Assembly: GCA_039591655.1 (NCBI GenBank)
Contig: JBDHDE010000016.1
Coordinates: forward strand, 17,769 to 81,768
Source: Gemmatimonadota bacterium
GTDB lineage: Bacteria; Gemmatimonadota; Gemmatimonadetes; Gemmatimonadales; GWC2-71-9
DNA length: 64,000 bases
Direction: 5' to 3'
The notes beneath the pieces are model-generated. The model was not told the origin of the DNA, did not search any database, and was given only the letters and a program-made list of their open reading frames with translations. Every line of letters starts with the position of its first letter. The stretch's first letter is position 1. This document shows, one piece after another, positions 31,026 through 40,077 of this stretch. A program made the position numbers and the translations under genes.

Positions 31026-31052
31026 GTGGAGGGCCGACGGGGCCCCGTGTCC

Positions 31053-31640
31053 ATGAGCACCCCCCAAACAGACCGAACCGCCGACCTGGCGCGGCTCCTG
31101 TGCGAGAAATCGGTGGAGATCGGCAGCTTCACGCTGGCCTCGGGACGCTCATCCACCTATTACATCGACGCCCGGCGCACCACGATGTCGGCCCGCGGGC
31201 TCGCGCTCGTCGGCGATCTGGGGCTGGATGCCATCAGGCACGCCGGTTGGTCTCCCACGCTGGTCGGGGGCCTGACCCTGGGTGCCGACCCGGTGGCCTA
31301 CGCCATCGCCCGGGCCAGCCTCCAGGCACCCCCGGAGCTGGACGCCTTCACCGTGCGAAAGGGGGCCAAGCGCCACGGCACGGGCCGGCGCATCGAGGGC
31401 TGCTTCACCGCGGGTGCCTCCGTGGTCGTGGTGGAGGACGTGATCACCACCGGTCAGTCGGCGCTCAAGGCGATCGAGGCCGTCGCCGCCGAGGGCGGCA
31501 CGATCCTCGGCGTCCTGGCGGTGGTGGACCGGGAGGAGGGGGGCCGGGCTGCCATCGAAGCCGCCGGCTTTCCGGTACGCGTGCTGGTATCCCTCGACCG
31601 GCTTGGCCTGCCGCCGCAGACCTCCGATGAGTCGCGATGA
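31053..31640 (+). CDS. pyrE: Orotate phosphoribosyltransferase
   Basis: FTLASGRSSTYYID, VRKGAKRHG, VVEDVITTGQS. Confidence 0.95.
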   Translation: MSTPQTDRTADLARLLCEKSVEIGSFTLASGRSSTYYIDARRTTMSARGLALVGDLGLDAIRHAGWSPTLVGGLTLGADPVAYAIARASLQAPPELDAFTVRKGAKRHGTGRRIEGCFTAGASVVVVEDVITTGQSALKAIEAVAAEGGTILGVLAVVDREEGGRAAIEAAGFPVRVLVSLDRLGLPPQTSDESR

Positions 31641-33372
31641 GCTGACCCACGGGAACGCGCAGGAGCGCAGCCGCTCCAAGCGCACCTCCCTCGCCCAGCG
31701 GCTGCGAGGATGGGCACCGGAGGACGCCGCCGAGGAGCGGCGTCTCAAGGACTTCGAGACCTTCCGCCGGAGTCTCACCCGTCGTTGGGGCATCGTCGCG
31801 GCTCTCGCCGTGCTCCTCGGAGCAGGTTGGCTGCTGGGACCCGTCACGGCGTCCCTCACCACCATTGCCGCGATCGTAGCCGGCGCCGCGGCACTCAATC
31901 TCGCCCTCATCGTGCTGTACCGTCGTCGCTGGCATCAGTGGTGGCAGGTCTACGCCCTCGCTCTGGTAGACGTGCTCGTGGTTTCCGTGGCCGTCGTCTT
32001 CTACGGCCCGGGGGGCCTGATCGCCGGCCTCTACCTCGCCGTCCTGCCCTATGCCTTCGACCAGGGGCGCGGGGTCGGCGAGTTCCTCGTGGTGGCAGCC
32101 TCCGCGGCGTATGTCGCGGCAGCAGCACTTCACGGGCGGGCCTTTGGCGACCTGCCCGGCGGGCCCCTCACACTTCCCGCGCTCGTCTACGTAGAGGCCG
32201 CGGTCTTCCTCGTGGTCGCCATCGTGCTCATGCGGATTCCCGCCACGCTCATTCGGCGCATTCGGGCGACGCGCACCGTGATGGCGCAGGTGGAGGCCGG
32301 CAGTCTCGGCGTGCGTGCTCCCGCGGAGCGCGCCGACGAGCTCGGCTTTCTGGAGGAATCACTCAACCGCATGCTCCAGGAGATCGCCACGACGATCTCC
32401 GTCGTGCAGCGGGAGGCGGACGAGGTCGCGACCTTTGCCGAGGTCCTCGCACGGGACGCCGAGGCGATGCTCTCCTCCGGCAAGACGGTGGCCGACACGG
32501 CCTCGGAGCTCGCCGAGGCAATGAAGGAGCAGCGCCAGCTCGCCGACGAGGGCCGTGCAGAGGGAGCGGCCGCGGCCAAGGAGGCCGGCTCGTTGCGCTC
32601 CAAGGCAGAGGTCATGGAGTCCGATGCCCGCCGGCTGGTGGATGCCGCCGAGCGTGGCCGGGACCGAGTGGGGAAGGCCAGCGAGACCCTGCTCGGCCTC
32701 GGCAGCGAGGTCCGCACCACCGCCACGACGGTTCACGAGTTGCTCGGCTTGTCCGAGGGCATCGGCGACTTCGCACAGACGATTGCCAAGATCGCGCGAC
32801 GCAGCCGGCTGCTGGCCCTCAATGCCGCCATCGAGGCAGCGCGGGCCGAAGAGCAGGGCGAGGGCTTCGCCGCAGTCGCCGAGCAGGTGCGCTCCCTCGC
32901 CAACGAAGCCGCCGAAGCCGCACGGGATGTGACGGACGTGGTCAGCGAGATTCGCTCGGGCATCGAGACGGTTGCCGGCGCCATGACGTCGGGCGAGAAG
33001 CGGGTGTACGGCGTCGGCGAGGTCGCCGAGGAGGCACGCAGGGCTCTGGAGGAGATCCACCAGGGAGCTCACAAGGCGGCGGAGCTAGTGGAAGCGGCAA
33101 CGGGAAGCTCACAGTCACAGTCCGACCGTATGGCGGTGCTCGCCGAGCGGCTTTCCCGCGTGGCGGAGATCAGCGCCCACTCGGCGTCAGGTGCAGGCAC
33201 GGCCGCCCAGCAGGTTGCGGCCCAGATCGCCGCCATGGACCGCATCAACCAGGGCAGCATGCAACTCGCGCTGTTGGCCGAGCGGCTGCAGGACAGCATC
33301 GCCCGGTTCTCGGTGATGCGGCCCGAGTTAGTCACTCACGAGCACCCCGCGGTGGATTCACCGCGCGCCTGA
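31627..33372 (+). CDS. Methyl-accepting chemotaxis-like protein (multi-TM, HAMP, MA domain)
   Basis: 5-6 TM, DELGFLEESLNRM (HAMP), LLALNAAIEAARA...GFAAVA. Confidence 0.9.
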   Translation: MSRDELTHGNAQERSRSKRTSLAQRLRGWAPEDAAEERRLKDFETFRRSLTRRWGIVAALAVLLGAGWLLGPVTASLTTIAAIVAGAAALNLALIVLYRRRWHQWWQVYALALVDVLVVSVAVVFYGPGGLIAGLYLAVLPYAFDQGRGVGEFLVVAASAAYVAAAALHGRAFGDLPGGPLTLPALVYVEAAVFLVVAIVLMRIPATLIRRIRATRTVMAQVEAGSLGVRAPAERADELGFLEESLNRMLQEIATTISVVQREADEVATFAEVLARDAEAMLSSGKTVADTASELAEAMKEQRQLADEGRAEGAAAAKEAGSLRSKAEVMESDARRLVDAAERGRDRVGKASETLLGLGSEVRTTATTVHELLGLSEGIGDFAQTIAKIARRSRLLALNAAIEAARAEEQGEGFAAVAEQVRSLANEAAEAARDVTDVVSEIRSGIETVAGAMTSGEKRVYGVGEVAEEARRALEEIHQGAHKAAELVEAATGSSQSQSDRMAVLAERLSRVAEISAHSASGAGTAAQQVAAQIAAMDRINQGSMQLALLAERLQDSIARFSVMRPELVTHEHPAVDSPRA

Positions 33373-33396
33373 CCGCCCACCGATCACCCCGTCCCG

Positions 33397-34254
33397 TCAC
33401 AGTCCCAGTCCGAGATCGCCCACCCCATTCTGGAGGGGTCGGAACGTGCGGAAGCCCGGGCGGAAGGGGACGATCAGACGCGCGATGAAGTCATCCAACG
33501 CCGCGTCGAACGGATACCGCTGCCGGAACTCGCCGGCGGTCACGCCCAGCACGGTCCTCAGGTGCCGACCGAAGCTCTGCGGCGAGGAGTACTCCAGGCG
33601 ATACGCCACGTCGGCGACGGAGAGCCCAGGTGACTCCAGCAGCCCTGCCGCGTACACCAGACGCACGGCGGACAGATAGCGCTTCGGTGACGGCATCCCC
33701 GCCCGGAAGAAGCGGGACATGAAGGTGCTCGCACCGACCCCGACCCGCCGCGCCAGCGAGCGCACCGTTGTCACACCGGGGGCGAGCCGCACGAGCACCT
33801 CGAAAAAACGCCGGCACTCCACGGCCGCGTCTCCCAGCGCCGGAGCGACACGGCTCAGGATGAGCGACTCGGTGACCCCGGTGGGCCGCGCCAGGAGCTC
33901 GCGCAGCCGTACCCACCCCTCCCGCGCACCGAGATCGATCATGCGTCGCACGCCGCACGCGCCCAGCTCGAGAAGGCGCTCGGAAGCCACCGCGTCATGG
34001 CGCGAGAGCACCGCCACCGTCGGGATTCCGGGAAACCCCCTGACCAGCCTCGCCACACCCGGCAGCTGCTCCCGCGCTATGCGGCTCGGCGAGACCAACA
34101 CGGCACTCACGCGATTCCGTCGCACCGTTCTCAGAGTCTCAGGCAGCGTGTTCGCGTGCACCGTGGCGAACCTCCCTTCAGCGGCCACGTCGAGCCTGGG
34201 GCGCTCTGTCGGGTCGAGGAGCGTCGCCACCAAGGTGCGTACCGGACCGGCCAT
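33397..34254 (-). CDS. AraC-family transcriptional regulator
   Basis: C-terminal SVADVAYRLEYSSPQSFGRHLRTVLGVTAGEFR; receiver-like N-region. Confidence 0.85.
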   Translation of the reverse strand: MAGPVRTLVATLLDPTERPRLDVAAEGRFATVHANTLPETLRTVRRNRVSAVLVSPSRIAREQLPGVARLVRGFPGIPTVAVLSRHDAVASERLLELGACGVRRMIDLGAREGWVRLRELLARPTGVTESLILSRVAPALGDAAVECRRFFEVLVRLAPGVTTVRSLARRVGVGASTFMSRFFRAGMPSPKRYLSAVRLVYAAGLLESPGLSVADVAYRLEYSSPQSFGRHLRTVLGVTAGEFRQRYPFDAALDDFIARLIVPFRPGFRTFRPLQNGVGDLGLGL

Positions 34255-34380
34255 GTCTTCTCCGACGAAAAAGGGGCGGCACGATCGGGCGAGCCGCTCA
34301 ACCCTCCGTCAACCTTCGACAGCGCTCCCTGCAGTCGGCCGGCTATGGCCGCAGGCTCTGGGGCGCTATCTTGTGATAGG

Positions 34381-34740
34381 GGTGGTGGAGTGTGACGGTC
34401 GCGGCCCGCCGCAGCGCGGGCTGAGGAAAGTCCGAGCTCCACAGGGCAGACTGCCAGGTAACACCTGGGCGCCGTGAGGCGACGGACAGGGCCACAGAAA
34501 ACAAACCGCCCGCTGCAAGCGGGTAAGGGTGAAACGGTGGGGTAAGAGCCCACCGCGCGACTGGCAACAGTCGTGGCACGGCAACCCCCAGTCGGAGCAA
34601 GGCCAAATAGACGGCGAGGTCCGGCCCGGACCGCTCGAGCCGTGGGTAGGCCGCATGAGGTGGCGGGCGACCGCCATCCCAGATTGATGACCGTCCGGCG
34701 CCTCGGCGCCGAACAGAACTCGGCTTACGGCTCCACCACC
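34381..34740 (+). ncRNA. rnpB: RNase P RNA (bacterial type A)
   Basis: GAGGAAAGTCC, ACAGAAA, GGGTGAAACGGTGGGGTAAGAGCCCACC, GAGCAAGGCCAA, AACAGAACTCGGCTTA; P1 GGTGGTGGAG/CTCCACCACC. Confidence 0.97.
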
Positions 34741-34799
34741 CCTGGCCTCCGACGCCCTCGTGGCATATCATTGCGCAGCCCTAGACTTTCTGTCCCCAT

Positions 34800-35048
34800 A
34801 TGCCCGAGAACCCTGTAACCACCCCGGAATCCACCGAGCGTCCGTACCCGATAGACTGGGAACAGGTCGCCGAGCTCCGCGTGTTTCGCACGACGGAAGA
34901 GCGGTGGCAGCGCCTCATCGGCTGGCGCTCCGACATGAAGCGCAAGGGGTGGAAGCTGCTCCAGGTGAGTGCCCAGCAGGGTGAGATGGTGGCGGTCTTC
35001 GGGCGCACCAAGGACGAGCTCTTATCGAACAAGAAGGCGGTATCATGA
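34800..35048 (+). CDS. Small hypothetical protein (weakly DUF4177-like)
   Basis: 82 aa, KGWKLLQV...AVFGR; ATGA overlap with next gene. Confidence 0.6.
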   Translation: MPENPVTTPESTERPYPIDWEQVAELRVFRTTEERWQRLIGWRSDMKRKGWKLLQVSAQQGEMVAVFGRTKDELLSNKKAVS

Positions 35049-35881
35049 AGGGGCACACCCTCCCGTTGGTGGTCCTCGCGGGCGCTGCGCTTGCTGGCTG
35101 TGGCACTTCCGGATCCTCTGGAGCCGCTGCTCCGGGTCCGGCGGCAGCACCCGCACGGTTCACCTATCAACCCGCCTCGGTGCAGTACGTGTCGAGCTCC
35201 CACGGCCGCGTGGAGCAGGAATTCGGCGGTCAGGTGACTTCAACCGAGGTCGGCCTGCGTTACTTCCTGAGCCTGGCGGCCGTCGAGGACGGTGACGTGA
35301 CCCGGGTGACACTCACCATCGACTCGGTGCCGGTGGTCATCGGGCCGGGCGTGCCGCCGGGCATGGCAGAGCGCAGCGCCGGCAGCACCTTCACCGGCAT
35401 CCTCACCTCGGAGGGCGAGATCCTCGACTTCCAGGGCGGCGACACGACTATCGTGCTGGTGCGGCAGTTGGCCGACCGCCTGGAACGTATCTTCCCCCGG
35501 ATCCCGCCCGGGGGCGTCGCTCCGGGACAGGCGTGGACCGACTCGGTGGAAACCGAGTCCGGCTCCAGTGGTTTCGACCTGCTGATCGAGGTGGTGTCAG
35601 AGAACCAGGCCCGTGACTGGGTGGAGCACGCCGGCGCAGCGGCACTGCTCGTGGAGAACGTCTCCAACTACGTGATCTCCGGTGGCGGGATACAGGGCGG
35701 CACGGAGATCTCACTGGATGGCACCGGCATCACGCGCGGCGAGTACTACCTGGCCGCCGACGGCCGGCTTCTCGGTGGCGTCTCGGCGGACTCGATGAGT
35801 GCCACGGCCATGGTGGTGGCGGCGGGGACGATGATCCCCATCACGCAGGTGCGGCTCGACTCTCTCTCCATCGTTCGGTAG
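35045..35881 (+). CDS. Hypothetical beta-rich lipoprotein
   Basis: Lipobox LAGC, beta-strand-rich body. Confidence 0.75.
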   Translation: MKGHTLPLVVLAGAALAGCGTSGSSGAAAPGPAAAPARFTYQPASVQYVSSSHGRVEQEFGGQVTSTEVGLRYFLSLAAVEDGDVTRVTLTIDSVPVVIGPGVPPGMAERSAGSTFTGILTSEGEILDFQGGDTTIVLVRQLADRLERIFPRIPPGGVAPGQAWTDSVETESGSSGFDLLIEVVSENQARDWVEHAGAAALLVENVSNYVISGGGIQGGTEISLDGTGITRGEYYLAADGRLLGGVSADSMSATAMVVAAGTMIPITQVRLDSLSIVR

Positions 35882-36706
35882 TTGGCGCGCACACTGACCC
35901 TGACCCTCCTGGCGGTGGCGCTCCTCGGCGACGCCGCCGCTGGTCAGGTGGTCCGCTCGCGATCGGCTGCCTACCTGTATTCATCGAACGTTGACGACGC
36001 CCGGGCGCTGTGGGTCAACCCCGCCGGGCTCGCGGTGGTGCAGGAGGCGTCCGTCATGGCGGAGTTCGCGGTCGACGTGCCCGACACGGGTAGCGCCAGG
36101 TTGGGCCAGTGGTCGGTGGCCTTCAACTCCCGGGGCTTCTCAGCGGGCTTTCAGCAGGACCGCTTGCTCGACGGCACGACGGCCCAGACCGTTCGCCTCG
36201 GCATCGGGCTGGGTTTTCACCGCGGCTCGCTGGGCGGTTCGTTCAACTTCTACACGGGCGTGGTAGACGACCGGGGCGGTGACATCGGCCTCACCTACGT
36301 CTTGATACGATCGGTGCGGGCTGGATTCGTCGTTAAGAACATCGGCCGCCCCACGCTGGTGGACTCGGTGGCACCCATCACCGGCGTCTTGGGCCTCAGT
36401 TGGCTCGCGGTTCCGGCGCACCTGGAGATCTCGGCTGAGGCACACTTCCGGGAAGACCTCGCGAACGTGACGCAGCGGAGTAGCTTCCGGGCCGGCCTGC
36501 AGCTCTCCACCGGGGGCAAGCTCCCGTTCGGCGCCATCGCCGCATTCGACCTGGGGAGCAACGGCAAGGTGGACGCATGGAGCGTCGGCATCTCAGTGGG
36601 GGGGAAAGACCGGGGTGTCCTCCTCGGCACCGCTGTGCCGAGGAGGTTCGAGCGCTTCAGTCTGACGGGAGTAGCGAGCCGCCGGGCTCCAACCCAGCGC
36701 CCTTAG
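35882..36706 (+). CDS. Putative outer-membrane beta-barrel (NPAGL motif)
   Basis: Signal peptide, DDARALWVNPAGLA, alternating amphipathic strands. Confidence 0.65.
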   Translation: MARTLTLTLLAVALLGDAAAGQVVRSRSAAYLYSSNVDDARALWVNPAGLAVVQEASVMAEFAVDVPDTGSARLGQWSVAFNSRGFSAGFQQDRLLDGTTAQTVRLGIGLGFHRGSLGGSFNFYTGVVDDRGGDIGLTYVLIRSVRAGFVVKNIGRPTLVDSVAPITGVLGLSWLAVPAHLEISAEAHFREDLANVTQRSSFRAGLQLSTGGKLPFGAIAAFDLGSNGKVDAWSVGISVGGKDRGVLLGTAVPRRFERFSLTGVASRRAPTQRP

Positions 36707-36716
36707 GGCGGGCCCT

Positions 36717-37826
36717 TCAGTCGACCAACCGCAAGGGCATCACCAAGCAGAGATACGACGCCGGGTCGTCCCACCCCACCGGCTCCACCGTCGCCGCACG
36801 CTCAGCCGCCTTGAACGTGAGCCGCACCTCGTCGGTCGGCATGTACTTCAGGACCTCCAGCACGTAGTTGGCGTTGAAGCCGATTTCCAGCTCATCCCCG
36901 TCATACGTGACGGCGATCTCGTCCTGGGCCTCGCCGAGGTCCGGCGTGCTCACGCTCAGCTTCAGGGCGCCGCCGGTGAACTGCAGGCGCACCCGGTGCG
37001 TCTGATCGCTGGCCACGACGCCCACGCGCCGCAGCGCCGCGGCCATCCCGTCCTTCTCAACGGTGCACGCACGATCGTTGTCCCGCGGGATGACTTGCTC
37101 GTAGTTCGGGTAAGGGCCTTCGATCAGGCGCGTGAACACCAGCGTGGTGCCACTGCGGAATCCCAGGTGGTTGTCGCTCTTCGCGATCTCCAGTTCGTCC
37201 GACGGCCCGAACAGGCGGCGCACCTGATCCAGCGCCTTGGGCGGCACGATGAACTCCGCTGTCGCGCTCGCTCCGCCCACCGGGACCTCCATCTTCGATA
37301 ACCGGTGCCCGTTGGTGGCCACCATGCGCATCACGTCACCCTGGAGCTGCCATAGCACGCCATTGAGGATAGGCCGGCTCTCTTCCGTCGATGCGGCGAA
37401 GCTCACGTGATTGATCAGCTTCTGCAGGTCGCTCGACGTCACGGTCCAGCTGTCCTCGAAGCTCACCGGCGGGAAGTTGGGGAACTCCTCCCGTGGGATC
37501 CCCAACAGCTTGAAGCGCGAGCGTCCGCACTCGAGGTTGACCCGTTGCTCACCCGCGCCCGTCATCCGGATCGCCGCGCTGGGCAGCTCGCGGACGATCT
37601 CGACCAACTTCTTGGCCGGGACGGTCACCGCGCCTTCCTCATCGACCTCGGCGGCCACCACGGTGCTCACGGCAATGTCGAGGTCCGTACCGGATAGCCG
37701 CAGGCCATCCGCCGTCGCTTCCATCAAGATGTTGGAGAGAACGGGAAGAGTGGTCTTGGTCGGCACACTGGCCGCCACTGCCACCAGACCTTCCTGCAAC
37801 CGTTCCCGTGTGATCGTGAACTTCAT
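36717..37826 (-). CDS. dnaN: DNA polymerase III beta clamp
   Basis: TTLPVLSNIL, GTDLDI, VATNGHRL, RLIEGPYPNYEQVIP, LVMPLRL. Confidence 0.98.
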   Translation of the reverse strand: MKFTITRERLQEGLVAVAASVPTKTTLPVLSNILMEATADGLRLSGTDLDIAVSTVVAAEVDEEGAVTVPAKKLVEIVRELPSAAIRMTGAGEQRVNLECGRSRFKLLGIPREEFPNFPPVSFEDSWTVTSSDLQKLINHVSFAASTEESRPILNGVLWQLQGDVMRMVATNGHRLSKMEVPVGGASATAEFIVPPKALDQVRRLFGPSDELEIAKSDNHLGFRSGTTLVFTRLIEGPYPNYEQVIPRDNDRACTVEKDGMAAALRRVGVVASDQTHRVRLQFTGGALKLSVSTPDLGEAQDEIAVTYDGDELEIGFNANYVLEVLKYMPTDEVRLTFKAAERAATVEPVGWDDPASYLCLVMPLRLVD

Positions 37827-37829
37827 GCC

Positions 37830-38061
37830 GCTCTCTTCTCGCCCGAGTGGAGAAGTATTACTACTAGTACGTTATAGAGTAATAACTAGTAGTACTAGTA
37901 GGGTACCTGGAAACCTTGAAAGAACGCCCAACCTATTCGGTTCGTGTCGCTTGCGGCTCAGACCGCATGTGAGTTGTGGGGATCGTGTGTGGACGCACCG
38001 TCGAAAGCGCCGATCTTTCCCCACGTCCCACACCCGTCCACAACCACCATCCACAAGGTTT
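37830..38061. other. oriC: Replication origin oriC (dnaA-dnaN intergenic)
   Basis: AT-rich 37851-37901 with DnaA-trio run TAGTAGTACTAGTAG (37887-37901); degenerate boxes at 37975, 37988, 38017, 38024, 38034, 38047. Confidence 0.85.
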
Positions 38062-39441
38062 CTACGAAACCTGTACCAGCTCGCGGCGCGCGTGTTCCAC
38101 GCGATCGCGGAACCTCCGGTCGCCCTGCATTTCCCGCTGGACCTTGTCGAGGCTGTGAATCACGGTCGAATGATCGCGGCCGCCGAAGGCCTGCCCGATC
38201 TCGACCAACTGCATGCCGAGGAGCTCCCGTGCGAGGAACATCGCCACCTGGCGCGGGACCGTCAGTGTCTTCGTGCGCGCCTTGGAGCGGAGCCCCTCCG
38301 GGGTTACGCCCCAGCGGCGGGCCACGACCTCCTGCACGCGGTCCACGCTGGGGACGGCGGCCACCCGGTCGGTTGCACCCGCATCCTGCCGGATCTTGTC
38401 CGCCAGGGCCTCCCGGGCCAGGTCGACCGTCACCTCCCGGTGCTTGAGCGAGGCGTACAGCAGGAGCTTGATGATGCAGCCTTCCAGCTCCCGCACCGAG
38501 CTCCGGACGAACTCGGCGATGAAGCGCAGAACGTCATCGGGGATCGTGAGCTCGAGGTGATCCTGCTCCGCCTTCTTGCGCAGGATGGCGATGCGGTGCT
38601 CGAGGTCCGGCTGCCCGATGTCGGCTACCATGCCCCACTCGAACCGGCTGACGAGGCGCGACTCGAGTCCCGGAATCTCCTTGGGCGGCCGGTCGGCGGT
38701 CATGACGATCTGCTTCTCCGCCTCGTGCAACGCATTGAAGGTGTGGAAGAACTCCTCCTGCGTCATTTCCTTGCCTTCGAGGAAATGCACGTCGTCGACG
38801 AGGAAGATGTCCACCTCCGTCCGGTACTGCTTCCGGAACTCCACCATCGTGCGGCTATGGATGCTCTCGATGACCTCGTTGATGAACTGCTCGGCGCCCA
38901 TGTAGACTACGCGGCTGTTGGGGTCCCGCTCCAGTCCCGCGTGGGCGATGGCCTGCATCAGGTGTGTCTTCCCGAGCCCCGTCGCCCCGTAGATGAAGAG
39001 CGGGTTGTAGGTGCGGCCGGGCGCCTCGGCCACGGCATGCGCGGCCGCGCTGGCGAGCTCGTTGGATTTCCCGATAACGAAGGTCTTGAATGAGTACCGC
39101 TCGTTGAGCGGCCGGGTGGCGCGACGGCGCCGCAGGCCCTCTCCGGGGGTTGGCGCAACGAAGAAGTCCATCTGGGGACGCTGCGCGCGCTCGTCCTGGA
39201 CCTTGAACGTCACCTTGAGGGGGGAACCGAGCCTCTCCTGGGCTAGCTTGCCCAGCAGCTCCGCGTGCTTGGACTCGTTCCACTCGACCGCGAACTGGTC
39301 CGGGGCCCCCAAGACCAGCTGATCCTCGTTGAGCGCAATGGGCTCGACGGGGTCCAGCCACGTACGCACCGTGGGGTCGGGAAGTTCCGTGCGCGCCGCC
39401 TCCAAGAGGCGGGACCACGCCTGTTGTGCTGTCTGTTCCAT
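38062..39441 (-). CDS. dnaA: Chromosomal replication initiator DnaA
   Basis: YNPLFIYGATGLGKTHL, QEEFFHTFN, RLVSRFEWG, VRELEG, GGRDHSTVIHS. Confidence 0.99.
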   Translation of the reverse strand: MEQTAQQAWSRLLEAARTELPDPTVRTWLDPVEPIALNEDQLVLGAPDQFAVEWNESKHAELLGKLAQERLGSPLKVTFKVQDERAQRPQMDFFVAPTPGEGLRRRRATRPLNERYSFKTFVIGKSNELASAAAHAVAEAPGRTYNPLFIYGATGLGKTHLMQAIAHAGLERDPNSRVVYMGAEQFINEVIESIHSRTMVEFRKQYRTEVDIFLVDDVHFLEGKEMTQEEFFHTFNALHEAEKQIVMTADRPPKEIPGLESRLVSRFEWGMVADIGQPDLEHRIAILRKKAEQDHLELTIPDDVLRFIAEFVRSSVRELEGCIIKLLLYASLKHREVTVDLAREALADKIRQDAGATDRVAAVPSVDRVQEVVARRWGVTPEGLRSKARTKTLTVPRQVAMFLARELLGMQLVEIGQAFGGRDHSTVIHSLDKVQREMQGDRRFRDRVEHARRELVQVS

Positions 39442-39484
39442 CTACTGTAGCGGACGACTGGTAGGCGGTTCGATAGGGCTCCAG

Positions 39485-39545
39485 ATGCTACCGCCCGGAT
39501 GTGGAAAAGTCAACCTTGACCCCAAGTAGGGGCCAACGCTAGCTT
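39485..39545. promoter_or_regulatory. Back-to-back dnaA and rpmH promoters with DnaA autoregulatory box
   Basis: Minus: TTGACT(39513)-17-TAGCAT(39490) overlapping TTTTCCACA (39500-39508); plus: TTGACC(39516)-18-TAGCTT(39540). Confidence 0.7.
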
Positions 39546-39574
39546 TCGCCCCCGCAACTGAAGGGCTTGACGGC

Positions 39575-39736
39575 ATGAAGAGGACGTACCAGCCGCGCAA
39601 CAGGCGGCGGAAGAATAAGCACGGATTTCGGGCGCGAATGGGGACCCGCTGGGGCCGCGCGGTGTTGAGCCGACGGCGCAAGAAGGGCCGCAAGCGGCTC
39701 ACGGTGCAGGTGCCTTCGAAGCACGGAGGACGCTGA
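39575..39736 (+). CDS. rpmH: 50S ribosomal protein L34 (absent from ORF track)
   Basis: [53 protein letters not shown]. Confidence 0.98.
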   Translation: MKRTYQPRNRRRKNKHGFRARMGTRWGRAVLSRRRKKGRKRLTVQVPSKHGGR

Positions 39737-40077
39737 CGCCCGAGGGCCTGCCTCGCAGCTGGCGCTTGACGCGCAGATCAGATATCACGGCGGTGATGCG
39801 GGATGCCCGCCGCCGCCGCACCCCGAGATTGGACATTTCCTGGCGAGCCAACGAGTTGGGACACCCGCGCCTCGGCGTCGTCGTGCCACGACACCGCCAC
39901 ACCATTGTCGAACGCAACCGGTTGCGCCGCCGGCTCAGAGAGATCGCGCGACGCGACCTGCTACCGCAGCTGGCCCCTGTCGACGTGGTCATCCGCTCCC
40001 GGGCGGCGGCCTACGGCGCCGGGTTCCCGGATCTCGCCGACGACCTCGGCCGGTGGATTCGCTCGCTGTCCGGTTGA
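39733..40077 (+). CDS. rnpA: RNase P protein component (probable CTG start; alternative TTG 39766)
   Basis: [38 protein letters not shown]. Confidence 0.92.
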   Translation: MTPEGLPRSWRLTRRSDITAVMRDARRRRTPRLDISWRANELGHPRLGVVVPRHRHTIVERNRLRRRLREIARRDLLPQLAPVDVVIRSRAAAYGAGFPDLADDLGRWIRSLSG

